Shown: positions 50,503 through 58,829, counted from the first letter of the stretch. The stretch is DNA of 64,000 bases from Candidatus Xenobia bacterium (GCA_045863235.1 BTUM01000027.1:1-64000); one strand, 5' to 3'. Program-made: numbers and translations. Notes: generated by a model not told the origin, from the letters alone.

Positions 50503-50921
50503 TGGGGCCTCCCGGTGGCCTGCATGGCGCTGTCTTCCTCACCCATCGACTTCTCTTCATCGATAAACGGCAAGGCAAAGTCCGTCACAAAGGGAATCTT
50601 GACATACTGACCGCGCCACGCCATCAACATGGCGTAGAGGACGGCCAGCAGGGAAAGCCAGCCCAGAAGCTTGACGAGAGGGTAGAGCATCAAGCCAAAA
50701 AGCGGGTTGCGGCCCAGGAAGGCGGCAAGAGTGCGAACCAGAACCCCGCCCCCCCAGAGGGCCAGGCCCATGAAGAACCCCTGATAGCTGTGATAACGCA
50801 GAAACCGGATCGCTCGCTTCTCCGGGGTCAGGTAAACCAGAAGGAAGACCAGCGGCCAGAAGGGATAGGCCAACCCGGCCAACAGTCGGTCGTCGCGCGA
50901 CACGCTCAGGTCCTTGCTCAA
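50499..50921 (-). CDS. DUF4870-like membrane protein
   Basis: DDRLLAGLAY, FLRYHSYQ and AWRGQYVKIPFV; three TM helices. Confidence 0.8.
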   Translation of the reverse strand: MSKDLSVSRDDRLLAGLAYPFWPLVFLLVYLTPEKRAIRFLRYHSYQGFFMGLALWGGGVLVRTLAAFLGRNPLFGLMLYPLVKLLGWLSLLAVLYAMLMAWRGQYVKIPFVTDFALPFIDEEKSMGEEDSAMQATGRPQ

Positions 50922-51115
50922 AAGAAAACGCCTCCGCTGGCGCTATTTACGCGCAAGACGAAGGCGAAACCTGCCAACCAGAGTTGGGGCCAAGCGCGAA
51001 AGGCGCCCGGACTTCCTCCACTCCCGCGCATAGAGCTGTTCAGAACTAGCAGAATGCGCGGCAATCTGTTGAACGGCGCAGCGCTAACATCTGAAGTGTT
51101 TCAACGCGCGGCGCG

Positions 51116-51925
51116 TTAGCGCAGGACGCGGCGAGAGCCGATGTATGTACGCCGATAGTAATCCTCGCGCAGGCTGCTGACGCAGACCCCACGGGAGGAT
51201 GAGGCGTGAATGAACTTTCCATCGCCGAGGTAGATGCCTACATGGGACGGACCGGGGAGGTAGGTCTCGAAGAAGACCAGGTCGCCCGGCTGCTCCTGGC
51301 CACGGGCTACGCCCACGCCAGCGTTGAACTGGACGTCGGCGGTGCGGGGCAACCGGATTCCGTTCATGGCAAAGACGCGCTGGGTGAATCCCGAACAGTC
51401 GATCCCTCGAGCGGTCGTGCCCCCCATTACGTAAGGAGTGCCCATGAAGCCGTTGGCGCTACGAATCACGCTGGAAACCAGGCGGCCACGCCGCGAGCCC
51501 GCCAGGGAATGCCGGTCGCCGCTGCGGTCGAGTCCAGGCTCGTAGGCCATCTCGACCACTCGACCATCCGGGCCGATGATGCGCCGGAGTTGCTCGGGCT
51601 TGGCGTCGATCTTGATCAGGTGCGCAGCCGGCGGCTCGGCATCGAGACCTGCGATCACAAGCGGATCCTGCACTTGCTCGGTTCCCGAGCCGACTTCGTC
51701 GGCCGTCGGCAGCACGAGCACCGTGCCGGCCGTCAGAGCATCAGACTTCTTCAGGCCAGGGTTGGCCTGCAAAATTGCATTGACATTGAGGCTGTGAGCC
51801 TTGGCAATTTTGGTCAGAGTGTCGGTGGCGCGAACCGAGTAGAGTATTTCGGCTCGGGCCGGGGCCATCAGGGCCAGCAATCCCAGCACCATGACGGCAT
51901 TCTTGAGGCGGACATTGATCCTCAA
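51116..51925 (-). CDS. LysM + NlpC/P60 peptidoglycan endopeptidase
   Basis: Signal peptide; LysM YSVRATDTLTKIA; GTPYVMGG..GIDCSG, PGDLVFF, SHVGIY, FIHASS. Confidence 0.93.
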   Translation of the reverse strand: MRINVRLKNAVMVLGLLALMAPARAEILYSVRATDTLTKIAKAHSLNVNAILQANPGLKKSDALTAGTVLVLPTADEVGSGTEQVQDPLVIAGLDAEPPAAHLIKIDAKPEQLRRIIGPDGRVVEMAYEPGLDRSGDRHSLAGSRRGRLVSSVIRSANGFMGTPYVMGGTTARGIDCSGFTQRVFAMNGIRLPRTADVQFNAGVGVARGQEQPGDLVFFETYLPGPSHVGIYLGDGKFIHASSSRGVCVSSLREDYYRRTYIGSRRVLR

Positions 51926-52243
51926 AGAAACACCTGCCTTTCTTGAATCCCAATCACCAGCGTTCGGCTCGTGATTGAAAAAGATTCCCCCTCGTTATGG
52001 TCTTCCTTCGCTTTCTGCGAGAAGAGTCCTCTCTCTCGCCACAGCCTCTCAAGTGCTTGATTTGAAGCCGTTCCTTCTCATTGTCGACAGCGAAGGACTG
52101 CTTTGAGGCACGGCCTTCCCTCCCCCGATGGAAGATTACCTGGTCTCGAATCAACTTCAAAGGAACAAGTCTTCGACCGCTCCTGCCTTCGCGGACATTC
52201 TCCCCGGGGGAACTGCTCGCGAAAATGTAGAAAGGCCGCTCCG

Positions 52244-52744
52244 ATGTTGCTCTGCTATCACTGCCTGAACCTGAGCAAGCCCCAGGATCAGTGCGAACAC
52301 TGTGGAGCTGACCTACCGGCCCGCAAAGCCCCTCCGCGCATCCAGACAAAGACGGCCCTGCTGAACCGCTGGTCGCTCGAGTATCGAACCCGAGACATCG
52401 AGCGCCCCGAGCTCGAAACCCGGTTGGCCGAAGAGGAGCGGACTATCCGAACGATTCTTGGCCAGGCAGCCGACGAGCAGTTCGACTCCGAATCCCTGCC
52501 GATGGTCGAGGAAGAGCTCCGCACCGGACGCCAGGGCCTGCAAGCCTACCTCGAGGCCCTGGCCGGGTTTCGGACCTGGCTCGACACGGTTGACTCCGGC
52601 GAGCTCAAACGGGTCCTGGCCCTGGCCGCTCAGGCCGACAGTCTCATGAACGATGCGGTAGCAATGAACTTTAACAACTATCGCACTTACCTGGAGAGCA
52701 TGGGGGAGTTTCTCCACCAGGCAGGCTACCAGGGGCCACAATAG
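52244..52744 (+). CDS. Zinc-ribbon + helical bundle hypothetical protein
   Basis: MLLCYHC...CEHC; helical domain similar to the 53791 product. Confidence 0.8.
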   Translation: MLLCYHCLNLSKPQDQCEHCGADLPARKAPPRIQTKTALLNRWSLEYRTRDIERPELETRLAEEERTIRTILGQAADEQFDSESLPMVEEELRTGRQGLQAYLEALAGFRTWLDTVDSGELKRVLALAAQADSLMNDAVAMNFNNYRTYLESMGEFLHQAGYQGPQ

Positions 52745-52765
52745 AGCTGATTCGCAGGCCAGGCC

Positions 52766-53644
52766 TTACTTGAGCAGCCCCTTCATGGGCTCGAACAGGC
52801 TGTCCTGAAGCCCGGCATTCACCTTGACCCCGCGATAGACCCGTGCCTGACGCAGAACCTGGTCGACGTAAATCTCCAGCCGCATGGGAAGATAGCGACC
52901 GTCTTCGAGTTGCTTGATGTCGCGGTAGACGACCTTCTTTTCACCGGGCCCGCTGGAGCCTTCGCCCTTGACCTTCACGACGAGTTGCAGGGGCACACGC
53001 CGAGCCGGGTCGATCCAGACCCGCGTCGGCAGGTCGGGGTGCTCAGGATTGGAGATCTCCACCACTTTTACGGGAATGCCCTCGAAAGACTCCGAGCCCA
53101 CCAGCTTGTAGTCGTCATTGGCGTCGTGGGGATACTTCTGCAGACTGAAGGGGAGCTGCAAGCTCGGCTGCTGAGTATCGGCCCCCTTCTTGACGGGGTA
53201 CTGGCCCATGGAGATGAACATCCACATGTTGCTGCCATCGCGAATGATGACGGCTTGCTTACCATCGAGTTGAGTGCCGGGCTCGTGGAACACGGTATCC
53301 ACTCGAAGTCGATTGGGAAACTTGTAGTAAACCCGGTCGGTGCCGGAAGGAAGGAGGTTTCCCACCCCATCCTGCTCGACCAGTTCGCTGCACTCGATCT
53401 CCAGAATCAGGTCGCGAATGGGCAATCCCTGAGCTGGCGTGTAGAGATTGTCAACCAGCTGACGGGCTTCGCTGGAAGAGACTCCGGGGACCGGGCCGGG
53501 GACTGGAGAGCCTGTCGCAGTTGGGGAGGCGGCGGGATTGGATGGGCCGGTCACACGACCGCTGGGGTAGTTTTGAGCCAGAGCTGGCCAGCCGGCCAGA
53601 CACAAAAGCAGGGCGAGACACAGGACCATCGACCTGGAGTACAC
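52766..53644 (-). CDS. Secreted LolA-like fold protein (outer-membrane lipoprotein-sorting family)
   Basis: Signal peptide; YYKFPNRLRVD, IRDGSNMWM, RVWIDP and KVNAGLQDSLF pattern. Confidence 0.75.
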   Translation of the reverse strand: MYSRSMVLCLALLLCLAGWPALAQNYPSGRVTGPSNPAASPTATGSPVPGPVPGVSSSEARQLVDNLYTPAQGLPIRDLILEIECSELVEQDGVGNLLPSGTDRVYYKFPNRLRVDTVFHEPGTQLDGKQAVIIRDGSNMWMFISMGQYPVKKGADTQQPSLQLPFSLQKYPHDANDDYKLVGSESFEGIPVKVVEISNPEHPDLPTRVWIDPARRVPLQLVVKVKGEGSSGPGEKKVVYRDIKQLEDGRYLPMRLEIYVDQVLRQARVYRGVKVNAGLQDSLFEPMKGLLK

Positions 53645-53790
53645 AGCAAGACCTGTATTAGACAGGCGTCAGGGGCTCCCTTCCTTGGAGGAGTCTGGAA
53701 AAAGCTCGCCGAAGCCCGCCGCACAGCCGGATTGTAAGCGAAGCACGCAGCCAGGCTGCGAGCAGAGCAATCACCTTTGGGAGGAACTTC

Positions 53791-54279
53791 GTGAGCGAGC
53801 AGGCGGGCGACCAGACACTTCAAGATCCGTCCATGAGCAAGCTGAAGGCACAACTGCCGCAAGAAACTGCTCAGGCGCCTGAGCCCGAGCGGGTGAATGA
53901 GCGCCTGATTCAGCTGGAGGATGCTGCTCGCAAGACAGCCGAGGGTGAGTGGTCGGCTGAAGAGCTTGGCGAGTTCCTGGACGGCATCATTCGCATTCTC
54001 AACGAGCGCGAGCAGCAGATCCGCGAGATCGAGATTCCCCCTGAGGCCGTGGAGGACTTTCGTGAGGAGCTCGAGGTCGGCTTCTCCGGTATCCAGCTCT
54101 ACACCGAGGGCGTCCAGCGCATGCTGCTGTTCGTGGAAGACCCCAACCCGGCGCACCTGGAGGAAGGGCTCGAGCTGGCGCGCCAGGGCAATGACCACAT
54201 CAACGAGGCCATGCGCATCAACCGCGAGAATCGCCGCAAGCTCGAAGAAATGTACATCGACGCCTCCACCATGATGTAA
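53791..54279 (+). CDS. Acidic helical bundle hypothetical protein
   Basis: GGAGGA RBS before GTG; paralog of the 52244 product and of the 41934 repeats. Confidence 0.85.
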   Translation: MSEQAGDQTLQDPSMSKLKAQLPQETAQAPEPERVNERLIQLEDAARKTAEGEWSAEELGEFLDGIIRILNEREQQIREIEIPPEAVEDFREELEVGFSGIQLYTEGVQRMLLFVEDPNPAHLEEGLELARQGNDHINEAMRINRENRRKLEEMYIDASTMM

Positions 54280-54300
54280 TGGAGCCCGCCGAAGGACCAT

Positions 54301-54335
54301 GAAAAAAGCCCGGGCTTCGAGGCCCGGGCTTTTTC
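54301..54335. terminator. Bidirectional terminator
   Basis: GAAAAAAGCCCGGGC-TTCGAG-GCCCGGGCTTTTTC. Confidence 0.9.
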
Positions 54336-54347
54336 GTGGTCCGAGAT

Positions 54348-55769
54348 TCAGCTTCGGAAATACTGGTGCCACATCTCGTTGACGCGTTGCATGGTCATCG
54401 CCTGGTTGACGGTCGACTCCTGGAAGGTCTTCATCCAGTAGTCCATGGTTTCTTTCATGATCTTCCAGCGCTCGGCCTCATGCTTTTGCCGCTCGGCCCA
54501 GATCTGCATCCAGATGTCGCGAGCCCCTTCCTGGTCCTGAAGGATCTGCTGCATTCGGCGAGCCTGGTCAGCCGCGGACATGGTCGGGCCGCCAGGACCA
54601 CCGGGGCCTCCCGGGCCGGACGGGGGAATCCCGCTCCCGCCGGGCGGAACACCGCCACCACCGGGCGGGATGCCGCTCCCACCGGGCGGAACGCCGGTCC
54701 CCCCAGGGGGAATTCCGCTCCCTCCGGGTACGAATGCGCTGCCCCCAGGAGGCACACCGCCGCCGCCTCCAGGGGGAAGGCCCGAGCCGCCTCCAGGAGG
54801 AGTTGCTCCGCCTCCATTACCGGGCGCCTCGGCCACCGGCGAGGAGAGCAGGCCCGGAGCATTGGTGGAGCCGAGCAGCTGCTGCGCGGGTGGGCCTTGC
54901 AGGGCCAGACCGGACTGCTGGCCGACCAGCTGGTTTCCGCCCGGAGCCACGGGACCGCCGCCGTTGCCGGCCAGAGTCACCAGGTTCGTCCCGGCGGGAG
55001 TGCCGCCCAGGCTGTAGACCAGGCCCCTGCCCGTATTGGCGATCTGCTCCATCAGGCCGTACTGACTGAGCTTGTCTCCGTAGGCTTTGAGCTCGGCGTT
55101 GCCAGGATCACTGGCCAGTTGAGCCGCGACTTCTTTGCTGGCTGCCTGACGGAAGATATCGATCGCGGGCGTCTGCTTGCCGGCTGCCCGATCGGCTTCG
55201 AACGCCTGGTTCAAAGCATCTCCGAAGGCAGGATTCTTAGCCAGTTGCGGGGGAACGTTGGTGCTGATGTCGCCTTCCAGCTGGTTCAGTTGCGCAGAGG
55301 CCACATTGATGGCCGCCTGACCAGCGGCCGCGCCACCGGGCAACCCCTGACCCATCAGAGCCTTCCCCTCGTTCGCGAAGGCTGACTTGAAGCCATCCGG
55401 CGCCACCGAGACCAGCTCCACAAGCTGTTTGCCAAGTTGCTCAGGATCAAGAACTTCGGCCTGGCTCCCCGATTCGGCCCGAGGGGTGTTCTCGCGCCTG
55501 ACCAGCTCGCGCGACTGGGACTCTTCGCCCTGGCGCGTCTGCTTGGCGCCGGCCTGGCCGGTGAGGCCCAGGTGGGTCGCGTTCTCCAGGTGCTCAGCGT
55601 GACGCTCCTGGTGGCTGAGGGTCACCTCGTCGTTTCGCTGCTCGACGGAGGTTCCGTCCGTCTTGCGAGTGGTTCCGGTGACCGCAGTCTGGCCCACGTG
55701 CTCGGTGCGCTTGACGAGGGCCTGCTGATTCCCGACCGCCGGATTGATGGGACTTCCACTTGTAGCCAC
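54348..55769 (-). CDS. 473-aa protein with Pro/Gly linker and C-terminal domain homologous to the 81-aa triplet
   Basis: AAGGAG RBS before GTG 55769 (MATSGSPINP); promoter upstream; C-terminal AERWKI...TVNQA...W..Y..S. Confidence 0.88.
   Translation of the reverse strand: MATSGSPINPAVGNQQALVKRTEHVGQTAVTGTTRKTDGTSVEQRNDEVTLSHQERHAEHLENATHLGLTGQAGAKQTRQGEESQSRELVRRENTPRAESGSQAEVLDPEQLGKQLVELVSVAPDGFKSAFANEGKALMGQGLPGGAAAGQAAINVASAQLNQLEGDISTNVPPQLAKNPAFGDALNQAFEADRAAGKQTPAIDIFRQAASKEVAAQLASDPGNAELKAYGDKLSQYGLMEQIANTGRGLVYSLGGTPAGTNLVTLAGNGGGPVAPGGNQLVGQQSGLALQGPPAQQLLGSTNAPGLLSSPVAEAPGNGGGATPPGGGSGLPPGGGGGVPPGGSAFVPGGSGIPPGGTGVPPGGSGIPPGGGGVPPGGSGIPPSGPGGPGGPGGPTMSAADQARRMQQILQDQEGARDIWMQIWAERQKHEAERWKIMKETMDYWMKTFQESTVNQAMTMQRVNEMWHQYFRS
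54586..54815 (-). repeat. Coding tandem repeat GGxG[IV]PP (about 21-nt units) plus GGP repeats
   Basis: PPGGGSGLPPGGGGGVPP...GGSGIPPGGTGVPPGGSGIPPGGGGVPPGGSGIPPSGPGGPGGPGGP. Confidence 0.85.
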
Positions 55770-55799
55770 GAAGCTCGCTCCTTTATCCCAGGTGTGTGG

Positions 55800-55881
55800 A
55801 GTATACCAGCCTGCGCTGAAGGCGTAAACGTCGAGTTTGTTTCCAAACTGTAAACAGATGGCCAATCCGATAAATGTTAAA
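55800..55881 (-). promoter_or_regulatory. Promoter TTTACG-N17-TATACT with upstream GTTTACA/TTTAACA boxes
   Basis: -35 at 55823-55828; extended -10 at 55800-55805; boxes at 55849-55855 and 55875-55881. Confidence 0.65.
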
Positions 55882-55985
55882 GCCCCGGGCGCCTGGAGCG
55901 TGGTCGGGCGTCGCGCAGCCGGAAATTGCCTCCGGGGCGCGACGACCACCCATCCACCGAGCCCAGAAAGCCCGGCGGCATCGGC

Positions 55986-56231
55986 CTAGCTCTTGATGTA
56001 GTCGCTCCATTTGTTGAACATCTTGTCCTGCGTCTTGGCCTGGTTGACGGTCACGTCCTGCTGAATCTCGAAAATCTTCGTCTGTGTCTCGCGCAGAATC
56101 TTCCAGCGCTCGGCCTGCTGCTTTTGCGTATCGGCCATCATCTGGGTCTGAATGGTCTGGGCCTGCATCTGGTCGCTCAGGGCCATCTGGGCGATCGAGG
56201 CGGCGTTGGCGGCTCCACCGATGAGTAACAT
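55986..56231 (-). CDS. 81-aa Gln/Ala/Met-rich helical protein, copy 3
   Basis: Protein identical to copies 1 and 2; AGGAGG RBS. Confidence 0.92.
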   Translation of the reverse strand: MLLIGGAANAASIAQMALSDQMQAQTIQTQMMADTQKQQAERWKILRETQTKIFEIQQDVTVNQAKTQDKMFNKWSDYIKS

Positions 56232-56284
56232 GGTCGGTCCCTCCTGATTCTCTCTCTATCCCTCAAAAGTAGACGAAAGCTCTG

Positions 56285-56324
56285 AAAAAAAGCTGAGGGG
56301 CCGGCCTTGCGACCGACCCCGCAG
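56285..56324 (-). terminator. Intrinsic terminator after copy 2
   Basis: Minus strand GGGGTCGGTC-GCAA-GGCCGGCCCC followed closely by T7. Confidence 0.75.
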
Positions 56325-56349
56325 AGAAAGCCCCACCCGATACAGGGAC

Positions 56350-56595
56350 TTAGCTCTTGATATAGTCGCTCCACTTGTTGAACATCTTGTCCTGCGTCTT
56401 GGCCTGGTTGACCGTGACGTCCTGCTGAATTTCGAAGATCTTGGTCTGCGTCTCGCGCAGAATCTTCCAGCGCTCGGCCTGCTGCTTCTGCGTATCGGCC
56501 ATCATCTGGGTCTGAATGGTCTGGGCCTGCATCTGGTCGCTCAGGGCCATCTGGGCGATCGAGGCGGCGTTGGCTGCTCCACCAATGAGTAGCAT
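56350..56595 (-). CDS. 81-aa helical protein, copy 2
   Basis: GGAGG RBS; own promoter-like TTTACT-N17-GATAGA at 56647-56675. Confidence 0.92.
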   Translation of the reverse strand: MLLIGGAANAASIAQMALSDQMQAQTIQTQMMADTQKQQAERWKILRETQTKIFEIQQDVTVNQAKTQDKMFNKWSDYIKS

Positions 56596-56805
56596 TGTTT
56601 TCGGTCCTCCCGGGTGTGTTATTTTTGACTTCTCTGTCTTGGGACTTCTATCACGCGCCCGGGCCGGAAAGTAAAGATGCTTGTCTCTGTATCCGGGCAG
56701 TTTTCCTGAGGACGGCGGGTGACTTGCCGACCCGGCCGCAAGGCCGGGTCTGCAACCGAAAACGGCTCGACCTCGCGGCCGAGCCGGCTTGAAGCGGACC
56801 TGAGC

Positions 56806-57051
56806 CTAGCTCTTGATGTAGTCGCTCCACTTGTTGAACATCTTGTCCTGCGTCTTGGCCTGGTTGACCGTGACGTCCTGCTGAATTTCAAAGATCTTCG
56901 TCTGGGTCTCACGCAGAATCTTCCAGCGCTCGGCCTGTTGCTTCTGCGTGTCGGCCATCATCTGGGTCTGGATGGTCTGGGCCTGCATCTGGTCACTCAG
57001 GGCCATCTGGGCAATTGAAGCTGCGTTGGCTGCACCACCGATTAAGAGCAT
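56806..57051 (-). CDS. 81-aa helical protein, copy 1
   Basis: Identical protein with the most divergent synonymous codons; hairpin at 56729-56750 downstream. Confidence 0.92.
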   Translation of the reverse strand: MLLIGGAANAASIAQMALSDQMQAQTIQTQMMADTQKQQAERWKILRETQTKIFEIQQDVTVNQAKTQDKMFNKWSDYIKS

Positions 57052-57087
57052 ACGTGAAACCCCTTCCAGCGTTTAGACTTCGCCCCT

Positions 57088-57144
57088 ATTATCCCATCCC
57101 ACCTCAACAAAGTAAAGACCAATGTTTGCAAACATTTTGTTAAC
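57088..57144 (-). promoter_or_regulatory. Promoter TTTACT-N17-GATAAT plus 16-bp palindrome and GTTAACA box
   Basis: -10 at 57088-57093; -35 at 57111-57116; perfect palindrome AATGTTTGCAAACATT at 57121-57136; GTTAACA at 57138-57144. Confidence 0.65.
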
Positions 57145-57161
57145 TTGTGCGACGGAAGTGC

Positions 57162-57476
57162 TCAATCCACGTGCGTCTGGTTCACAACCAGTTTGACGCC
57201 TGCCGCCTTGAGGTCTTCCACCAGCTTCTCGTTGTTCTCGTAGAGGGTCAGCACGGTGGCGTCGCGGGCGGCCGTGACCACCACCTCCATCATTTCCAGA
57301 AAGAGCTTGGGATCCACCGAGGGGGACTCGGAAAGGCGCTTGAGCAGGTCGGTGTTCTGGGGACGCTTCATCTCCCGGGCCCAGCTCTCGAGATACATCC
57401 GATTGAAGATGCTGAGCATCGCGGGGGCGCTGAGGCCGAGCTGACCTTCCAGATCGCTGGCGGTGGCTTCTTCCAT
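57162..57476 (-). CDS. Hypothetical 104-aa acidic helical protein
   Basis: AGGAGG RBS inside the end of the aminotransferase gene; last gene of the flhB-flhA run. Confidence 0.8.
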   Translation of the reverse strand: MEEATASDLEGQLGLSAPAMLSIFNRMYLESWAREMKRPQNTDLLKRLSESPSVDPKLFLEMMEVVVTAARDATVLTLYENNEKLVEDLKAAGVKLVVNQTHVD

Positions 57477-57482
57477 GTCGAG

Positions 57483-58829
57483 CTACCTCCTGACCACCGA
57501 GTTGATGCGGTTGGCGATATCCATCAAGTAACCGTTGATTCCCTGAGGCCCAATCTTTTGCATGTGATCGAAGAGAGAACGCCAGGTCTCCAGCAGATGC
57601 TTGAGGTCGGCGTCGCTCGAGACATAGGGAGGCGACACTCGGATCACCTCAGGGCAGTGCACCATCGAGGTGAGCAGGATGCTGTGCTCCTCGCGAATCA
57701 TCTCCTGCACGGTCAGGCCGACAGCTGGAGCCGTCGTGCACAGGCAGCGCATCAATCCCACGCCCCGATGGCCTACGGCAAGGTCCGGGAAGTCGCGGCA
57801 CAGCTCGTCGAAGCCCTTCTCGAGGAGATTGCCCAGATGGGCTGAGCGCTCGACCAGTTTCTCGCTCTCGAGCGCATCCAGGGTGGCCACACCGGCCGCG
57901 CAGGCCAGCGGATTGCCGGCAAAGGTCGAGTTATTGAAGAGGGGTCGCGCCTCCTCGGCGGCCCGAACTCGGGCCGAGTAGAGCACGGCTGAAACCGGGC
58001 AGACCGCGCCCGACAAAACTTTGCCGACACAGATCAGATCGGGCACCACTCCTGAGGCGTCCAGCGCGAACCAGCGGCCGGTGCGACCAAGTCCCGACTG
58101 GATCTCATCGGCGATCAGCAGGGCTCCGTGAGCATCGCAGAGAGCCCTGACCCGCCGCAGGTACTCGGGAGTGGCTACCGAGCAACCGGAAGCCCACTGG
58201 ACCGGCTCGAGAATCACGGCGGCCACATCCGGTCCCATGGCCTTCTCGAGCGCGGCAACGTCCAGGAAGGGGACGATGGTCGCGTCGCTCAAGTTGGGCG
58301 TGCCGCTCTTCCAGTAATCGATGCCTCCCACGCTGAGGGTGCCGATCGACATTCCATGGTAGCCCATGTGCATGCCGATGAAACGGGGGCGTCCGGTCGC
58401 CAGGCGCGCCAGCTTCAACGCCGCCTCCACCGCCTCCGTTCCCGAGTTGAGGAAGGCGCAGAAGGGCAGATTCCCCGGCACTCGCGCCGAAAGTCGAGCG
58501 GCCAGAACAGCTTGACCGGGCACGATGCCGGCTCGGGTCGAGAGCGCGGCGCGCTCGAGCTGTCGCTTCACTGCCTCGATCACTTTGGGATGCGCATGGC
58601 CCAGCCCGAAGGTACCCCCCGCACCCATGCAGTCATAGTAACGACGACCCCGAGGATCGATGAGATAGGCGCCTTCCCCCCGCCACTCGACCAGGGCGCT
58701 GCCCAGAGCCCGCAAAGAGCGAGCCAGGGTGGGATTCATGTGCCTCTCCTGCAGGTCGAGCTGGTCGGCCAGCAACTGGGCGTACTCGGCTTCGTCGAGA
58801 ACCTCGGGATAGTCCAACCAATCGCGCAT
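57483..58829 (-). CDS. Class III PLP aminotransferase (putrescine/ornithine aminotransferase-like)
   Basis: NSGTEAVEAALK, GYHG, ILEPVQ, DEIQSGLGRTG, GK and STFAGNP motifs. Confidence 0.9.
   Translation of the reverse strand: MRDWLDYPEVLDEAEYAQLLADQLDLQERHMNPTLARSLRALGSALVEWRGEGAYLIDPRGRRYYDCMGAGGTFGLGHAHPKVIEAVKRQLERAALSTRAGIVPGQAVLAARLSARVPGNLPFCAFLNSGTEAVEAALKLARLATGRPRFIGMHMGYHGMSIGTLSVGGIDYWKSGTPNLSDATIVPFLDVAALEKAMGPDVAAVILEPVQWASGCSVATPEYLRRVRALCDAHGALLIADEIQSGLGRTGRWFALDASGVVPDLICVGKVLSGAVCPVSAVLYSARVRAAEEARPLFNNSTFAGNPLACAAGVATLDALESEKLVERSAHLGNLLEKGFDELCRDFPDLAVGHRGVGLMRCLCTTAPAVGLTVQEMIREEHSILLTSMVHCPEVIRVSPPYVSSDADLKHLLETWRSLFDHMQKIGPQGINGYLMDIANRINSVVRR

Noticed and set aside
51926..52240. 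c-di-AMP (ydaO) riboswitch upstream of the NlpC/P60 gene
   Set aside because: Long leader, but I could not find the conserved riboswitch blocks; a covariance-model scan would settle it
55986..57051. 81-aa protein as WXG100, classical SctF or type IV pilin
   Set aside because: No WxG motif, no PxxP turn or SctF C-terminal signature, no prepilin cleavage site or long hydrophobic helix
55986..57051. Triplication as a mobile element, CRISPR array or misassembly
   Set aside because: The repeats are coding, differ at silent sites and have unique spacers with their own RBS; no transposase or cas genes
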